NCBI RefSeq assembly: GCF_036321535.1
Contig: NC_087436.1
Span: 12,710,001-12,774,000 of the forward strand
DNA length: 64,000 nucleotides
Direction of reading: 5' to 3'
Origin: Camelus dromedarius
Taxonomy: Eukaryota
The notes under the pieces are model-generated. The model was not told the DNA's origin, searched no databases, and saw nothing but the letters and a program-made list of their open reading frames with translations. Every line of letters starts with the position of its first letter. Within the stretch, counting starts at the first letter, position 1. A program made the translations under genes and the position numbers. This document shows, piece by piece, positions 41,873-56,420 of the stretch.

Positions 41873-42038
41873 GGGAGGGAGGGTATAGCTCTGTGGTACA
41901 GCGCATGCCTAGCATGCATGAGGTCCTAGGTTCAATTCCCAGTACCTCCGTTAAACAAACAAACAAACAAACCTAATTACTTCCCCTCCCCCCAAAAAAA
42001 TACAAACAACCAAAACCAACCAAACAACAACAAAAAAA
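41873..42038 (+). mobile_element. tRNA-derived SINE
   Basis: GGGAGGGTATAGCTCTGTGGTAC...GGTTCAATTCCCAGTACCTCC; TSD-like AAAAAAAGYAATTA. Confidence 0.88.
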
Positions 42039-42410
42039 GTAATTAGTTTGTAATTCATAATTAATTTCTCAGGTCATAATTAGTGCCATGGGGAAAAATA
42101 AAGCACCAAAAAGGTGATGACTGTGCAGGCAGAGGGAACAGCAAACACCAAACGCCAAGCCCGTGAGGTGCAAGCACGCTTGGTGTATGGGAGGAATGAC
42201 AAGAAGTGGTTGGAGTGGAATGAAGGGTGTGCGGTGGGACACGGGTCACGGAGTTAGTCAGGGGCCAAATGATGGGGGCCTCATGGATCATTGTAAAGGC
42301 TTGGCTTTTCCTTTGAGTAGGAAAGCCACTGGAGAGTTCCAAAGAGAGGAGCAGCATAATCTAATTAAAGTATGTCTTAACAGGATCATCCTCGCTGCTG
42401 TTTTGATCAC

Positions 42411-42416
<6 letters not shown>

Positions 42417-42453
<37 letters not shown>
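42417..42453. repeat. (TG)n microsatellite; others near 4995-5016, 39615-39675 and 44728-44752
   Basis: Directly visible dinucleotide runs. Confidence 0.95.
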
Positions 42454-42455
<2 letters not shown>

Positions 42456-42959
42456 ATGTACGTGTGAACACGTCTACACTGTGGGTTGGGTAGTCAGTGG
42501 TGGAAGTCGTGAGTGCTGTTAGGACACTGCTGCAAAAATCCAGGCAAGAGAAGGTGATCGCTTGGACCAGGATGGACAGTGTGGAGCTGGTAAGAAGTGG
42601 TTAGCGCCTATGTACATTAAATGATACAGTCAGTGAAACTGCCACTAGATCAATGTGGCTCATGAAAGAGAATAGTGTAGGGTGACTCCACGGGTTTTGG
42701 CCTGAGCAACTAGAAAAATGGTGTTGCCCTTTACTGAGGGGAGAAGACTATAAAAGAGGTTCTGAGTGACACCTGAGAGCTTGGTTTCTGACACGGTAGG
42801 TTGGAGGTAATAATTAGACATCCAGGAGGAAATGCTGAGCAGGCAGCTGAAGATATGAGTTTAGTGGCTGGAAAAGGGAGGTTGCGGCAAGAAATATAAA
42901 TTGGGAGGCAAGAATTTTCAATAACATTGAAAGCTGTGCGATTAGAGACAATTTAGGGT

Positions 42960-43460
42960 ATGGACTGTTAAAAAGCTTTTGTGCCGTGAACCCCTTTGAA
43001 AGTCAGTTAAAACCCCCAGATTCCTTCCCTGAATGACATTTTAAATGAATAAAATAAAGTATATTTAAAATATATTTTCATGTATATAATTAGTATAAAG
43101 AAAACCAATTACAATAAAATACGCCATCAAAATATTTTAAAAGTTAACACTATGGTAAAATAATCTTTTTTATTAATAACTAAATAATGGAATCTAACAG
43201 TGAGCATAATAATTACAGTCACTTCAAAGAAGTCATGAGCATAAATATTTCAAGATCTCTGTAACAGCTATAATGAGATAAAAATACCTGCAATTTTTTA
43301 CTGAAGTCACAGATACACCTAACATTACTGTGGTCTGGTTGTCTATGTTTGCAATGGCAGGAAATGCAAAGTTCATTTAGAGGTTCGTGAAAATAAAGAA
43401 GTGTTTCCCTTTCAAGACCACTGAGGCCTGGACTGTGGACTCCAGGTTAAGAATCCCTCA
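42960..43460. mobile_element. hAT-Charlie-type non-autonomous DNA transposon
   Basis: gtgccgtgaacccctttg at the start and ccaggttaagaatccct at the end. Confidence 0.5.
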
Positions 43461-44188
43461 GCTTAAGGGGGAACACAGCTAGAGAGGTGGGGCTGGCCAA
43501 GTGTGCACCCAGGGCCTCTCCAACACTGAGAGGAGTGAGAAAGGAGAAATAGCAAAGAAAATGGGAAAAACAGACAAAAATGAAAACTCAATGGAGACAA
43601 CACAAGTCAAGGCACTTGTTCCTGTTTAAATATTCTCAAATGCAGTCCTACATTTGGCAGACAGCCTGAATGTACGGGCTCCATTTTTTAATCAATTCTT
43701 TTATTTACATGTTCATTTCCATGTTGTTTTAGGAAGGCCAGTTCCTTGATAAGGAGTTATGTTTTTATTATATTTAGGAAAACCCAGTGTCTTCTACAGT
43801 GTCCTTCATTAGGGGACATTAACCACTAGTATTTTCAATGTTACATAAATTGATTTTATCTGTGAAATGCCTTCCTCTCAAGTGCTGGGTTAGATTTTAT
43901 TAATTAATGGTTCTAATATAACCATAAAATAGCTACTTTATCCACTTGGGCAGATATTAAATCACATTTATCATTCAAACAATAGAATATACACTCACAT
44001 ATAGGCTTTAATTAGTTGGTTGAAGAGACAATGTTGATAACTTACATCTAACACACAATACTCATCCATAGTCAAAAATGGAGGATGGAAAGGTGGATCA
44101 TTAAACTGGGAAGCAGAATGATACTGGAAAGATATAGATGTAGGTTTTAGATATATATATGTATGCATCTAAAATGAAAACCTAGGGT

Positions 44189-44320
44189 CGGGGAGGGTAT
44201 AGCTCAGTGGTAGAGCGCATGTTTAGCAGGCATGAGGTCCTGGGTTCAACCCCCAGTGCCTCCTCTAAAAATAAATAAATTAAATAAGTAAATTACCTCC
44301 CCCCAAAATAAATTAAATTA

Positions 44321-44363
<43 letters not shown>

Positions 44364-44366
44364 ATA
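44189..44366 (+). mobile_element. tRNA-derived SINE with (TAAA)n tail
   Basis: GGGGAGGGTATAGCTCAGTGGTAGAGCGCATG...GGTTCAACCCCCAG. Confidence 0.9.
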
Positions 44367-47300
44367 CCTACAAAGATTGTAAGGAAGCCCTGACACCTGG
44401 CAACAAAATTTCAACATTAAGCCAACTGCTAAAAGGCACTTCAAAATCTGCTAAAGTAATTTAACAAATAACAATCGTTTTCAGATATTTTCCTTTAGAC
44501 TATTTGGGTTGAATGACAGTTTGAGGACAACCGGGAAATGTAAACACATACTGAAGATCAGACAATGATATTAATGGTAATTCTCCAGGGTGCAATTGTG
44601 CTGCTGTGGTCACACAGGAGGTTGTCCCAATTACTAGGAGATGCATGCGGAAGTGTTTAGGACTGAAGTGTCTCACTGTCTACAACTTACAGTTTCAAAT
44701 GATTCAGGAAAAAAAGTGTGCAGGGTATGTGTGTGTGTGTGTGTGTGTGTGTGGAGAGAGAGAGAGAAAGGACAAAGAGACAGAGAAAGGAGAAAATGTG
44801 GGAACGTGTTAATTAGTGATAAAGGTATTCATTCTACTAGTCTTTAAAGTTTTCTATAGATCTGAAAACTATCAAAATAAAAAGCTGTGGAAAAAAAATC
44901 CACAGGAATGTATATGTTATTAACCTCCTCCAACATCGGTAGGTAAATCTATAACAGACATACCTACAGGGAGGTAATGATTTATACAGCATAATCTTAA
45001 AAATTTAAAAAGAGTAACCATATGCATTTCATATAAGCAGAATTCAAAATAAAAATGATTAAATAGGGCAATCACTTTATATGCATCAAATATGTGATAC
45101 ACAGGGAAGAATAACATTCCTCCTGTCCCGTCGTCACTTAATGAGAAGTCACACAATCCTCCAGTAGTACCCTGGACTCCAGGGTCTCTAATCTCAACTG
45201 AGCTCAGAAATCCCCAGTCCCCAGTATCTCTAAATCTCCAAAGAGGGCGTTTCCTATTCTCACCACTTGCAAATGTTCCATTACTCTCTGAGAAGACGAC
45301 CTCATTTCCAAGTTCAAAGCAAACAGAAACATCAGATGGCAAGTCTTTCATCTACACGCTCTCAAACTGATAAAATCTGCCCTTGCTCCGTGGTAGACCA
45401 TTTGGCCGATCAACTGCCATTCCCAAGTCCTGTCTCCCATGACCCCTTCCACCTGAGGATGGGAAAGTGCCCGCAGGCTTCTTTGTAGAGGGGCGCGGTC
45501 AAGTGACACCGCGCTGGCCAATGAGATGTACGCAGACGTCTCCTGGCAGCCTCTGGAAACACTTTAGTGATTATTATGGGACCAAGTGTAGCCAACACAT
45601 CCCTTCCCTCTTTTTTTTTTTTTGCCTTGCTCACAGCGGAAAGGCCAAGACGAATACAGGGATGTCCACCCCCTTAGTGCTGACATCACTGACTGCCGGA
45701 GCCATGCCAGCAGTTGCTTAGCTGAGAAAAATACTGTCACGTGAGAAAAATAAACCTCTGCTTGAGTGAGGCAGGATGAGTAGTTGGGTATTCCGTTGTT
45801 TGCAGTTGAAAGCACTCCTGACACTGAAGCCATTCTCCCGTCCCTTTCACAATGAGAAACCCCTTAGCCAGTACTGCGGATCCATCTTCCACCTTTTCAG
45901 GGATGCCCCTCTACTGACTGCACCCCCTGCCTTCAGTATCTGCAAACTTCATCTCTCCACTAATTAGTTCACATCACCAGTGTTTAACATGCTCAAGTCT
46001 CACCTGTATTAAATTTAAAACATTAAACTGTCCCTCAGTCTTCCATCTTCCTCTGGCGTCTGCCTTATCTTTACCCTCCCTTCCACTAACATTCTTCTTA
46101 AAAGAACTGTCTGCGTCCACTATCTCCAGTTCCTTATTTCCCATTCACTCTGCAACCCCCCGCATCTGGGTTCAGCCCCGGCCACTTTACTGAAAGTGTT
46201 TTGGCCAAGGTCACCAGCAACATCCTCACTGCAAAATCCAATGGGACTTGTTCGGCTTCTTATCTTAACCGACTTCTGCATAGCATTTGACACCACAGCC
46301 ATTCTCTCCTTTTTGAAATACTTTCTCTCCTTGAATTTTTATAAAAGCATTCTGTCCTAGTTTTTCTTCCTTACTCTGGCAGATCCTTCTAAGCCTCTTT
46401 TGAAGGATCCTTTTTTGCAAACCCCCTGTATGTTGGTATGAAATTAGTATGTATATACTGCTGTCTCCTCAATCTGAATCTCTCCAGCAGCTCCCTGCTA
46501 GATGTCCTGAAACGTCCCCCTACTCCCCCAAACCTGCCTCTTCCCCCATGTTCTCTTTCTCCGTGAGTGAGTGGCACCACCAGCCACCCAGGGCTCCAAG
46601 CCGGATTCCAGGATCATCTCTGATGCCCCTCTCTCCCTTGTTTCTCAAATCCAGTTAATTAGTCAGTCCCGTAAATTCAGCCTCCCAAAGGGCCGTGATC
46701 AGCCCACTTCTCTTAGCCCAGCTAATCTTCTCTTAGGTTAGCCTTTTCTGTCATCCGTTTCCTAATGCCTCTCCCTCAGCTGACCCCAACCTTCCGCTGT
46801 TGTTAAGGGGAACTTCAAACTGCCAACCTCTCTTTTACTTCTGAGCATTAATGCGTTTCCTCTGACTAGAACTCTTTTCACAAGGCTGAGTATCACTACT
46901 AGTAATCTTTGGATGCTCAGTTTAAGCTTCCACTGCTTTGGTAATTTAGGCTCCTGCTGTGTGTTTCCAGCACATCCTATACCCACTCCCTCAAGTCTTT
47001 AGTTTCCTTTTGTTCCATGAGGACACATTTCATCTCTAATAACCCATCTCTCCAAATAGATTTCTCAATTAGATTATAATGCCAAGATTTTAATTTTCCT
47101 GGCATTATAGAGACAGCAGTTCTCCCTAGGGCACTGGCTTTCATTAAATGTTGTGGACTGAATCCCTGGAATATTAAGGATCCCCACTTAGTTTCTAAGA
47201 GCCACTAACTCTACAATGAAAAAGCGACATGAACTCTGGGATAAATAAGTTAAAATGATCTTGGTTGTCATTAAAAGAGTTATATTCCACTTACTAGCAT

Positions 47301-50098
47301 GGATAAATCCTACTTTTGAAGGCAAGGAGTGATCCTCTATCATCACTGAAGCAAATAAATTGGTTACTGCCAATTGCGATAAATGTTCCAAGAAAGAAAT
47401 AATTAAACAAAATATGTATCAACCACTAACCACATCTATATGGATTGTCCACAAGGAAAAGGGTATAAAATGCATTCAAAAGCTTTGAGATGGACATGTT
47501 AAGTATAAAATTCAACTAAACAAAATCGAATGAAGCCAGTCTAACTTAATCATCAGAGAAGCAGAGGCCAACAGGACTAAAACAATTTAAAAATAAGACC
47601 CTTATGTAACAGTGTTACACGTAACTTCAGAAATAACAATGTGACATTATTAAAACATTCAGATTATTACCAGGATTTACTGCAATTAGTTTTCTCTACT
47701 TAATATGCATGTGCTTCAGATTACAAAGATTCATTCAGATTGATCCCAAGGAGAAACTCACTTTTTTCAGGTTACACAAGCTATGTTCATAAAGCAAAAG
47801 ACCAAAGGACTATGTTGTCCCGCTTATAGCTTAAGACAAAGTGTATTCAGTACAATAACATAACTTCACAAAGGAAAATGCTACCTATACATCAACACAG
47901 TCAACATCCAAGAAAAAAGATCATGGGGAAAAATTCGAGAAAAAAAAAGTCAGTTTTATATTTTACCAATGATGTTTCAAGCCAAATGTGATTTGCCTTG
48001 GGAGTATGACTTGGGACAAAATGCCTGGCAAACACTGCTGTATCAATGCAATGCATCCTTCAAGTTCCGTATTCATCTGCTTTAGGATTTCAGATCTTTC
48101 CTTAAAGCCATTATATTGTTTGTCTATGGCTAGGACCTCTATGCCTCTAATTGTTTTTACCTCTATAAAAAAAAACCAAAACTGTAAGCTCCATAAATTC
48201 AGGTGCTCAGTCGTATATGCTGTTTGTTTCTATTAAACCCCACCCAACATTGAAACTCATAAAAATAAAAGCCTGATGACAAATGAAGAAAGCCTGCATC
48301 ACCTACAGGGACACCCTAGATCTCAGAGTCGGCCTGGGTCGCAGACGGAGGCAGCTGACTGCTTCAAAAACAAGCAGTCTCTCAGCTGGCCATGCCTGTG
48401 TGACGCCCTTTCTCTGGTTAAAGACTCTACCCTCTGGCCACAAAAGTGGTCACACAAACCAAGCCTGGCTACTGAGAGTCCTTCTTCCAGAACTGAGAAA
48501 TGGATTCTGGGAAGGAGGAATCCTTTTCCTCTATAACCTCAGAGTTGCTGGGTCCTGAGCCTCGGGGCCGTCAGGGGCTGCTTCTCCAGTTTCAACAAGA
48601 AGCTGGTTTTTTAAAGCCAACACACAGACAGTGGGAGGTCAGATGAGCCAGACAAGGCTAAAGTCAGCTTCACCCTGGCCCTTCTCACAGGTAGGTTCAT
48701 GTAAGGATTCCATCACTGGAAGCCAGAATGCTAACTAGCACAGACACAGATTTGTATTGACACAGATTTGTATTACCATAAGGACTCTTGGAATTCAAGG
48801 AGTCCAAAATCCTCATGCTAGGTATTAGGCTAATGGATTAGCTAGAGAGGTTAAGTACCTTGCCTAAAGTCTCCCAATGAATTCACAAGGAAGCAGGAAA
48901 CGCTGGAAGATTCTGCAGGTTGGCTCACCCTCACTCAGTCTAACTCCCAACATTGTTCAGTGTCCTTGCAGCTAGGGTGCAGGCATGTGGCCTACGTCCC
49001 CAGCAAGCAGAAGCAGCTAGCCAGGACTTGAATGACAACTAAGCAGTGAGACGTGATCACTGCATGCAGGGGGTCTGTATCTTCTGGGGAGCACAGTGTG
49101 GAGCCATGTGGTTCTTCCAAGACAACCAAGGTGGGCTCACATGCAGCTCCTACCTGATGCAGCTGTGGCTCCCTAGGACCACTGCGTCTGTGTGTGCGTG
49201 CGTGTGTGGTCTGACTGAGGATACCTAAAATTGGTACACCCAAGATTCTGGAAGACACCTGATAACTTTCAGTAAATCTCTTTCTGCTTAAACTAGCTAG
49301 AATTTTGCTTGAGATCAAGAACCTTGACCTACATGGAATTTGGTACCTGGAAATGAGGTGTTGCACCTCAGATGCGGAACTAGATACTGACGGAGGTGGA
49401 GCTTTGAGCAATGAAGGCACAGATAATGGAAGCAGAAAGCCGGTCACTCTTCTTATGCAGTGATGTAACATTTGGTCAGACTATCCCCTGTTGTACCTTA
49501 GAAAGCAGACGAGGTGCTGTGAATGTTCCATTGGAAGAAACAGTAAGAAAGATTTGGCCTAAAATGAGGACCTTTAAATAGGAGGCCCCAGAACTCCTGA
49601 ACTCCTTCCCAAATTCAGTATCACTTAGTAAATTGTTTTCAGCTGCATCAGAATCTACAAAATACAGTGACTGAATCAAGTTGGGGATTTTAGTTTTCTC
49701 AAACCTGAAAATGAATGGACACTCTAAAGAGTCAGGCTGTGCAGGTCATATGTTGACAATGACAATCCCAAACCATCAGGAAAAGATAAAATTATGAGCA
49801 ACAGGCTAAGACGAGACAGGAGGAGGCCATATACTGTGGCAGGGTTTCACTGAGATCACTTCGTGTCTTGCTCATGCATGCTGCTTTGTGGTCCACAACA
49901 TACTGTCATTTATTTCCCCCCTCCCTCCCTCCCTTCTCCCTTTACTTCCCCTCTCTCCTCTCCCTCTGTCTTTCTCTGAGAACCTGATAACCCTGTAGGG
50001 TATTATTCATTATTCATTACTGTTCTCAAAAAAGAGAAGGAACTGGGGCTTTAAAACGTTTTCTAACTTGTTTTTAACATTAAAAATCAAGTAGCAGA

Positions 50099-53000
50099 TA
50101 ACATCACTAGACAGATCTTCCAGACAGAAAATAAACAAGGCAACAGAGAAATTAAATACTACAATAGAAAAACTAGATTTGGTGGATATTTTCAGAGCAT
50201 TACACCCCCCAAAAATAGGATATACATTCTTTTCAAGTGCACATGGAACATTTTCCAGGATCGATCATGTACTTGGACACAAAAGAAACCTCAACAATTT
50301 TAAGAAGATAGAAATTATCTCAAGCATCTTTACTGACCACAATGCCATGAAACTGGAAATCAACAACAGAGAAACAAAGAAGAAAAAAAGGAAAGCATGG
50401 AGATTAAACAATATGTTATTGAAAAAACAATGGATCAATGAGGAAATCAAAGCTGAAATTAAAAAATACCTTGAGACAAATGATAATGAAAGCACAACCA
50501 CTCAAAACCTATAGGACACAGCAAAGGCAGTGCTAAGAGGGAAGTTTATAGCGATACAGGCCTTCCTCAAAAAAGAAGAACAATCTCAAATAAACAATTT
50601 AACCCACCACCTGAATGAATTAGAAAAAGAAGAAAAAAAGCCCCAAAAAGCAGCAGAAGGAAGGAAATAATAAAGATCAGAGAGGAATTAAATACAATAG
50701 AGATTAACAAGACCATAGAAAAAATCAACCAAACCAAAAGCTGGTTTTTTGAAAAAGTAAATAAAATTGACAAACCTCTGGCCAAACTCACAAAGAAGAA
50801 AAAAGAGAGAGCACAAATTAGCAAAATAAGAAAGGAAAATGGAGAAATTACAACAAACAAAATAGAAATACAGAATATCATACGAGCATATTATGAAAAA
50901 CTATATGGAACCAAACTGGATAACCTAGAGGAGATGGACAAGTTTCTGGAAACATACTGTCCACCAAAACTGAATCAAGAAGAATCTGAACACTTGAACA
51001 ATCCGATCGCTAGAAAGGAAATATAAATAGCAATTAAAAACCTCCCTACAAATAAAAGTCCAGGACCGGACGGCTTCACCGGGGAATTCTACCAAACATA
51101 CAAAGAAGAACTCATACCAGTCCTTCTCAAACTCTTCCAGACGATTGAAAAGGAGGGATTACTCCCAAACTCATTCTATGAAGCCACCATCACCCTGATA
51201 CCAAAACCAGGCAAAGACACTACAAAAAAAGAGAATTATAGGCCAATATCACTGATGAACATAGACACCAAAATCCTCACCAAAATTTTAGCAAATAGAA
51301 TCCAACGACACATAAAAAAGATTATACATCATGACCAAGTGGGGTTCATCCCAGGGACACAAGGCTGGTTCAACATACGCAAATCAATCAGTGTAACACA
51401 TCACATCAACAAGAGAAAGGACAAAAACCACATGATCATCTCAATCGATGCAGAAAAAGCATTTGATAAAATTCAACACCCATTTATGATAAAAACTCTC
51501 GCCAAAGTGGGTATAGAGGGAACATATCTCAACATAATAAAAGCTATATATGACAAACCTACAGCCAGCATAGTACTCAACGGTGAAAAACTCAAAAGCT
51601 TCCCACTAAAATCTGGGACAAGACAAGGATGCCCACTATCACCACTCCTATTCAATATAGTCCTGGAAGTCCTAGCCACAGCAGTCAGGCAAGAGAAAGA
51701 AATAAAAGGGATCCAAATTGGAAAAGAAGAGGTAAAAGTGTCATTATATGCTGATGACATGTTACTATATATAGAAAACCCTAAAAGGTCCACACAAAAG
51801 CTACTAGAGCTGATTGAAGAATTCAGCAAGGTAGCAGGTTACAAAATTAACGTTCAAAAATCAGTTGCATTTCTTTACACTAACGATAAATCAACAGAAG
51901 AAGAAAGTAAAGAAACAATCCCCTTTAAAATAGCACCCAAAGTAATAAAATATCTGGGAATAAATCTAACCAAGGAGGTGAAAGAATTATACATGGAAAA
52001 CTATAAACCATTGATGAAGGAAATTAAAGAAGACTTTAAAAAATGGAAAGATATTCCATGCTCTTGGATTGAAGAATCAATATTGTTAAAATGGTCACAC
52101 TGCCCAAGGCAATCTACAGATTTAATGCAATCCCTATCCAATTACCCAGGACAGATTTCACAGAACTAGAAAAAATCATAATAAAATTCATATGGAACCA
52201 TCAAAGACCTAGAATTGCCAAAGCATTACTGAAGAGAAAGAAAGAGGCTGGAGGAATAACTCTCCCAGACTTCAGACAATACTATAGAGCTACAGTCATC
52301 AAGACAGCATGGTATTGGTACCAAAACAGACATATAGACCAATGGAACAGAATAGAGAGCCCAGAAATGAACCCACAAACTTTTGGTCAACTCATCTTTG
52401 ACAAAGGAGGCAAGAATATACATTGGAATAAAGACAGTCTCTTCAGCAAATGGTGTTGGGAAAACTGGACAGCAGCATGTAAAACAATGAAGCTAGAACA
52501 CTCCCTTACACCATATACAAAAATCAACTCAAAATGGATTAAAGACTTAAACATAAGACAAGATACAATAAACCTCCTAGAGGAAAACATAGGCAAAACA
52601 TTATCTGACATACATTTAAAAAATTTTCTCCTAGAAGAAATAAAAGCAAGAATAAACAAATGGGACCTAATGAAACTTACAAGCTTCTGCACAGCAAAGG
52701 AAACCAGAAATAAAACAAGAAGAAAACCTACGGAATGGGAGAAAATTTTTGCAAGTGAAACCGACAAAGGCTTGATCTCCAGAATATATAAGCAGCTCAT
52801 ACGACTCAATAAGAAAAAAATAAACAACCCAATCCAAAAATGGGCAGAAGACCTAAACAAGCAATTCTCCAAGGAAGACATACAAATGATCAAAAAGCAC
52901 ATGAAAAAATGCTCCATATCACTAATTATCAGAGAAATGCAAATCAAAACTACAATGAGGTATCACCTCACACCAGTCAGAATGGCCGTCATTCAAAAAT

Positions 53001-53767
53001 CCACAAATGACAAATGCTGGAGAGGCTGTGGAGAAAGGGGAACCCTCCTACACTGCTGGTGGGAATGCAGTTTGGTGCAGCCACTATGGAAAACAGTGTG
53101 GAGATTCCTCAAAAGACTAGGAATAGACTTACCATATGACCCAGGAATCCCACTCCTGGGCTTGTATCCAGAAGGAAGTCTACTTCAGGATGACACCTGC
53201 ACCCCAATGTTCATAGCAGCACTATTTACAATAGCCAAAACATGGAAACAGCCTAAATGTCCATCAACAGGTGACTGGATAAAGAAGAAGTGGTATATTT
53301 ATACAATGGAATACTACTCAGCCATAAAAACCGACAACATAATGCCATTTGCAGCAACATGGATGCTCCTGGAGAATGTCATTCTAAGTGAAGTAAGCCA
53401 GAAAGAGAAAGAAAAATACCATATGAGATCGCTCATATGTGGAATCTAAAAAACAAAAACAAAAACAAACAAACAAACAAAAACAAACTGTAAATAAAGG
53501 ACAGAAATAGACTCACAGACAGAGAATACAGACTTGTGGTTACCAGGGGGGTGGAGGGTGGGAAGGGATAGACTGGGATTTCAAAATTGTAGAATAGACT
53601 ACACTGTATAGCACGGGGAAATATACACAAAATGTTATGATAACTCACAGAGAAAAAAATGTGACAATGAGTGTGTATATGTCCATGAATAACTGAAAAA
53701 TTGTGCTGAACACTGGAATTTGACACAACATTGTAAAATGATTATAAATCAATAAAAAATGTTAAAA
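50099..53767 (+). mobile_element. 5'-truncated young LINE-1 (ORF2 from mid-endonuclease, 3' UTR, poly-A)
   Basis: EN motifs FSRIDH and TDHNAM, RT motifs [10 protein letters not shown] and YADD, C-terminal CWRGC..HCWWEC; TSD AAAAATCAAGTAGCAGA at 50082-50098 and 53768-53784. Confidence 0.97.
50101..53449 (+). pseudogene. L1 ORF2p (endonuclease/reverse transcriptase), partial and disrupted
   Basis: ORF pieces 50179-50514, 51255-52169 and 52091-53449; stops at 50512 and about 51024; frameshifts near 50640 and 52070. Confidence 0.93.
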
Positions 53768-53796
53768 AAAAATCAAGTAGCAGAATCATTAATTAG

Positions 53797-55242
53797 AGGT
53801 GGAGCTGATCCAGGTTTCATGAGGCCTGAAGCTAACAGAATTTGCAGAAAGTTTGTTGAGAAAAATAATAAATTATAAAATCAGATATGAAAATGAATGA
53901 GAAAAAAATCACAAGTTATAAAATTGTAGAAAGCTGACAAGTGCCACTAATATTACAGAATGTAGAAGAAAGTATAATTTTTGTTAATTTATTGCCTAAT
54001 ATCTTCTCCTACATTTCTGTGCTGCATACTCTGATCATCTCTTCAAATGCAAATAATTTCTATGTAAATATAAATGCAAATATATACAAATGCAATTGCA
54101 AATACTATTTTAAATTTCTATGTAAATAGTCAAAAGGTTTTTCAGTCATTTCTTCAGCACAGCAGATTGAAATGTATTCTTTATCATTAACAGTTTTGCA
54201 AAAAATATTCAGCTTCACAACTCTTTTATGTCCCGTAAGTTTAAGTTTGGGACAGAAGTCTCCTTCATACTTGAGTCGTAAGATTTCAGGGCATTTTGAT
54301 TCTCTTGTGCAAGTTAATCTTGAGTGCTTTATGACAACACTCAACCAGCTTGTCACTGATGGTTCATTTTGTGGGGTGTTATAAGGTTTTTGCTAGTTTA
54401 CTGATGGAAGTACTTGTTGTCAAATCAGCGAGAAAGTTAGATCTTTTTCCAGTGTGTTCATATGATTCATTACATCACTTAATTAATTACTTTCTATTCG
54501 AAATTTCTCTCTCTCCATGAATGACTGCTTTTGACTTGGTCTGCAAATTTCTTATGGTTTAATTCTTGATAGGAGAGTATCTATTGATCACACATAGAAA
54601 TATAGTCAGAGTAATTTCACTTTGGTGTGCTATTATAATTACAGATGTTTCACTGTCAATTATATTTCTGAGAAGGAATATAAAATATAAAAGGAATATA
54701 AAACCTCTAGTTTTGATTAGGTGACAGTGAGAATTCAATTCTGCCTACAGGCCTAACGAATTTTACACATTTGATGAATTTTATGCACGTAATGATTAGA
54801 AGAATTTTCCACATATGGACTAGCTTCTGCCTGCACACCTTTCAAATCTGCTTCTCCTCCACTACGCTGTATTTCTGATGCTGGACCATTCAACACAGCA
54901 ACTAAACTTCTGGCTCCACTGTCCACTTCGTGAAATTAGGTGAGTCAGTGTGGCTGGGCAGGACTATTGTAGACTATGTATCACACAGCCGACACCACAA
55001 AGGCTGACAATACCGGACACAGATCAGGCTGGGGGGGCACAGAAACACAGTCTATGGAAAAGTTTGATGAAAGGGAAAAGTGGAAAGAGATAATAATATT
55101 CTTACAGATAAAACATCTTACTCTTAGAAAATTTACAAAAATATCTGACTATGTGAGCACAACAGTAGAGCCCCAGAAGGAGATGTGTAAGTGAGGGGCC
55201 CTGGAGTTTAAGCTCCACTAGCTTTTTTGTGAATATACCTCT
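53797..55242. mobile_element. hAT-type DNA transposon remnant (Zaphod/MER115-like)
   Basis: Ends gatccaggtttcatgaggcctgaagct and gtgaggggccctggagtttaagct...atacctctg resemble hAT-Tip100 termini as I recall them. Confidence 0.5.
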
Positions 55243-55274
55243 GCTCTTTCCCTAATGTGGTTCTTGTTTTAATT

Positions 55275-56420
55275 TAATTTAATTCTTCTGTAGCTTTATT
55301 GAGGTCTAATTGACATATAACACTGTGTAAGTTTAAGGCGTACAACGTGATGCTTTGATGCACCACATATTTTGCAAAATGTTTACCACAGTAAGGTGAG
55401 TTAGCACACCCTTCACCGCACATAATTATCACTTTCTTCTTGTTGTTATGGTGAGAACATTAAAGCTCTATTCTCACAGCAACTTTCGAGTATACAGAAC
55501 AGCGAGGTCAGCACACTGCACATTATCTCCAGAACTTATTCAACTTAGAACTGAATCTTTGGACCCTTTGACCAACACTTCCCCAATTCCCCTACCCCTA
55601 GGCCTAGGCAACCAGCATTCTATTCTCTGTTTCCATGAGCTCCATGTTTCTGATCCCATATACAAGAGAGATCATACAGTGTCTGTCTTTCTCTATCTGA
55701 CTTATTTCACTCAGGCTAATGCCTTCAAGGTCCATCTATGTTTATATATATACACCACATTTTTTTTATTCATTCATCCATCCATGGACACTTAAGTTGC
55801 TTCCATGTCTTGGCTGTTGTACATAATGTTGCAAAGAACAGAAGGGTGCACATATCTTTTTGGGTTAGTGTTTTCATTTCCTTTGGATAAATACCCAGAA
55901 GTGGAACTGCTGGATCATATGGTAGTTTCAATTTTTTGAAGACCCTCCATACTATTTTGCATAGTGGCTGCACCAATTTACATTCCTACTAAACATGTAC
56001 AAAGGTTCCCTTTTCTCTACATCTTCACAAGCACTTGTCATCTCTTGTCTTTTGGTAACTGCCATTCTAAAAGCTAAGAGGTGATATCTCGTTGTGGTTC
56101 TGGTTTGCATTTCACTGATGATTAGTGATACTGAGCACCTCCTCATGGACTTGTTTGTCTTCATGTCCATTTGTATGTCTTCTTTGGAAAACTGTCTATT
56201 CAAGTTCTCTGCCCATTTTTTTTAAATTGGACTTTTTTTTCTGCTATTGAATTGTACAAGTTCCTTATATATTTTGAATATTAACCCCTTATCAGGTATG
56301 TGGTTTGCAAATATTTTCCCCCATTCTATATGTTGCCTTCTCATTTTGTTGATTGCTTCTTTTGCTGTGCAGACACTTTTTAGTTGAATGTAGTTCCACT
56401 TGTTGATTTTTGCTTTGTTT
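55275..56420 (-). mobile_element. Older L1 3' region, minus strand
   Basis: Minus-strand peptides [29 protein letters not shown] and [12 protein letters not shown]. Confidence 0.9.

Noticed and set aside
44190..44262. tRNA-like heads with A and B boxes (eight copies in the window)
   Set aside because: They have A-rich tails, a shared non-tRNA 3' motif and often TSDs, so they are SINEs, not tRNA genes.
44920..45370. 143-aa minus-strand ORF with an open mirror frame on the plus strand
   Set aside because: No recognisable domain or splice context; consistent with a chance ORF.
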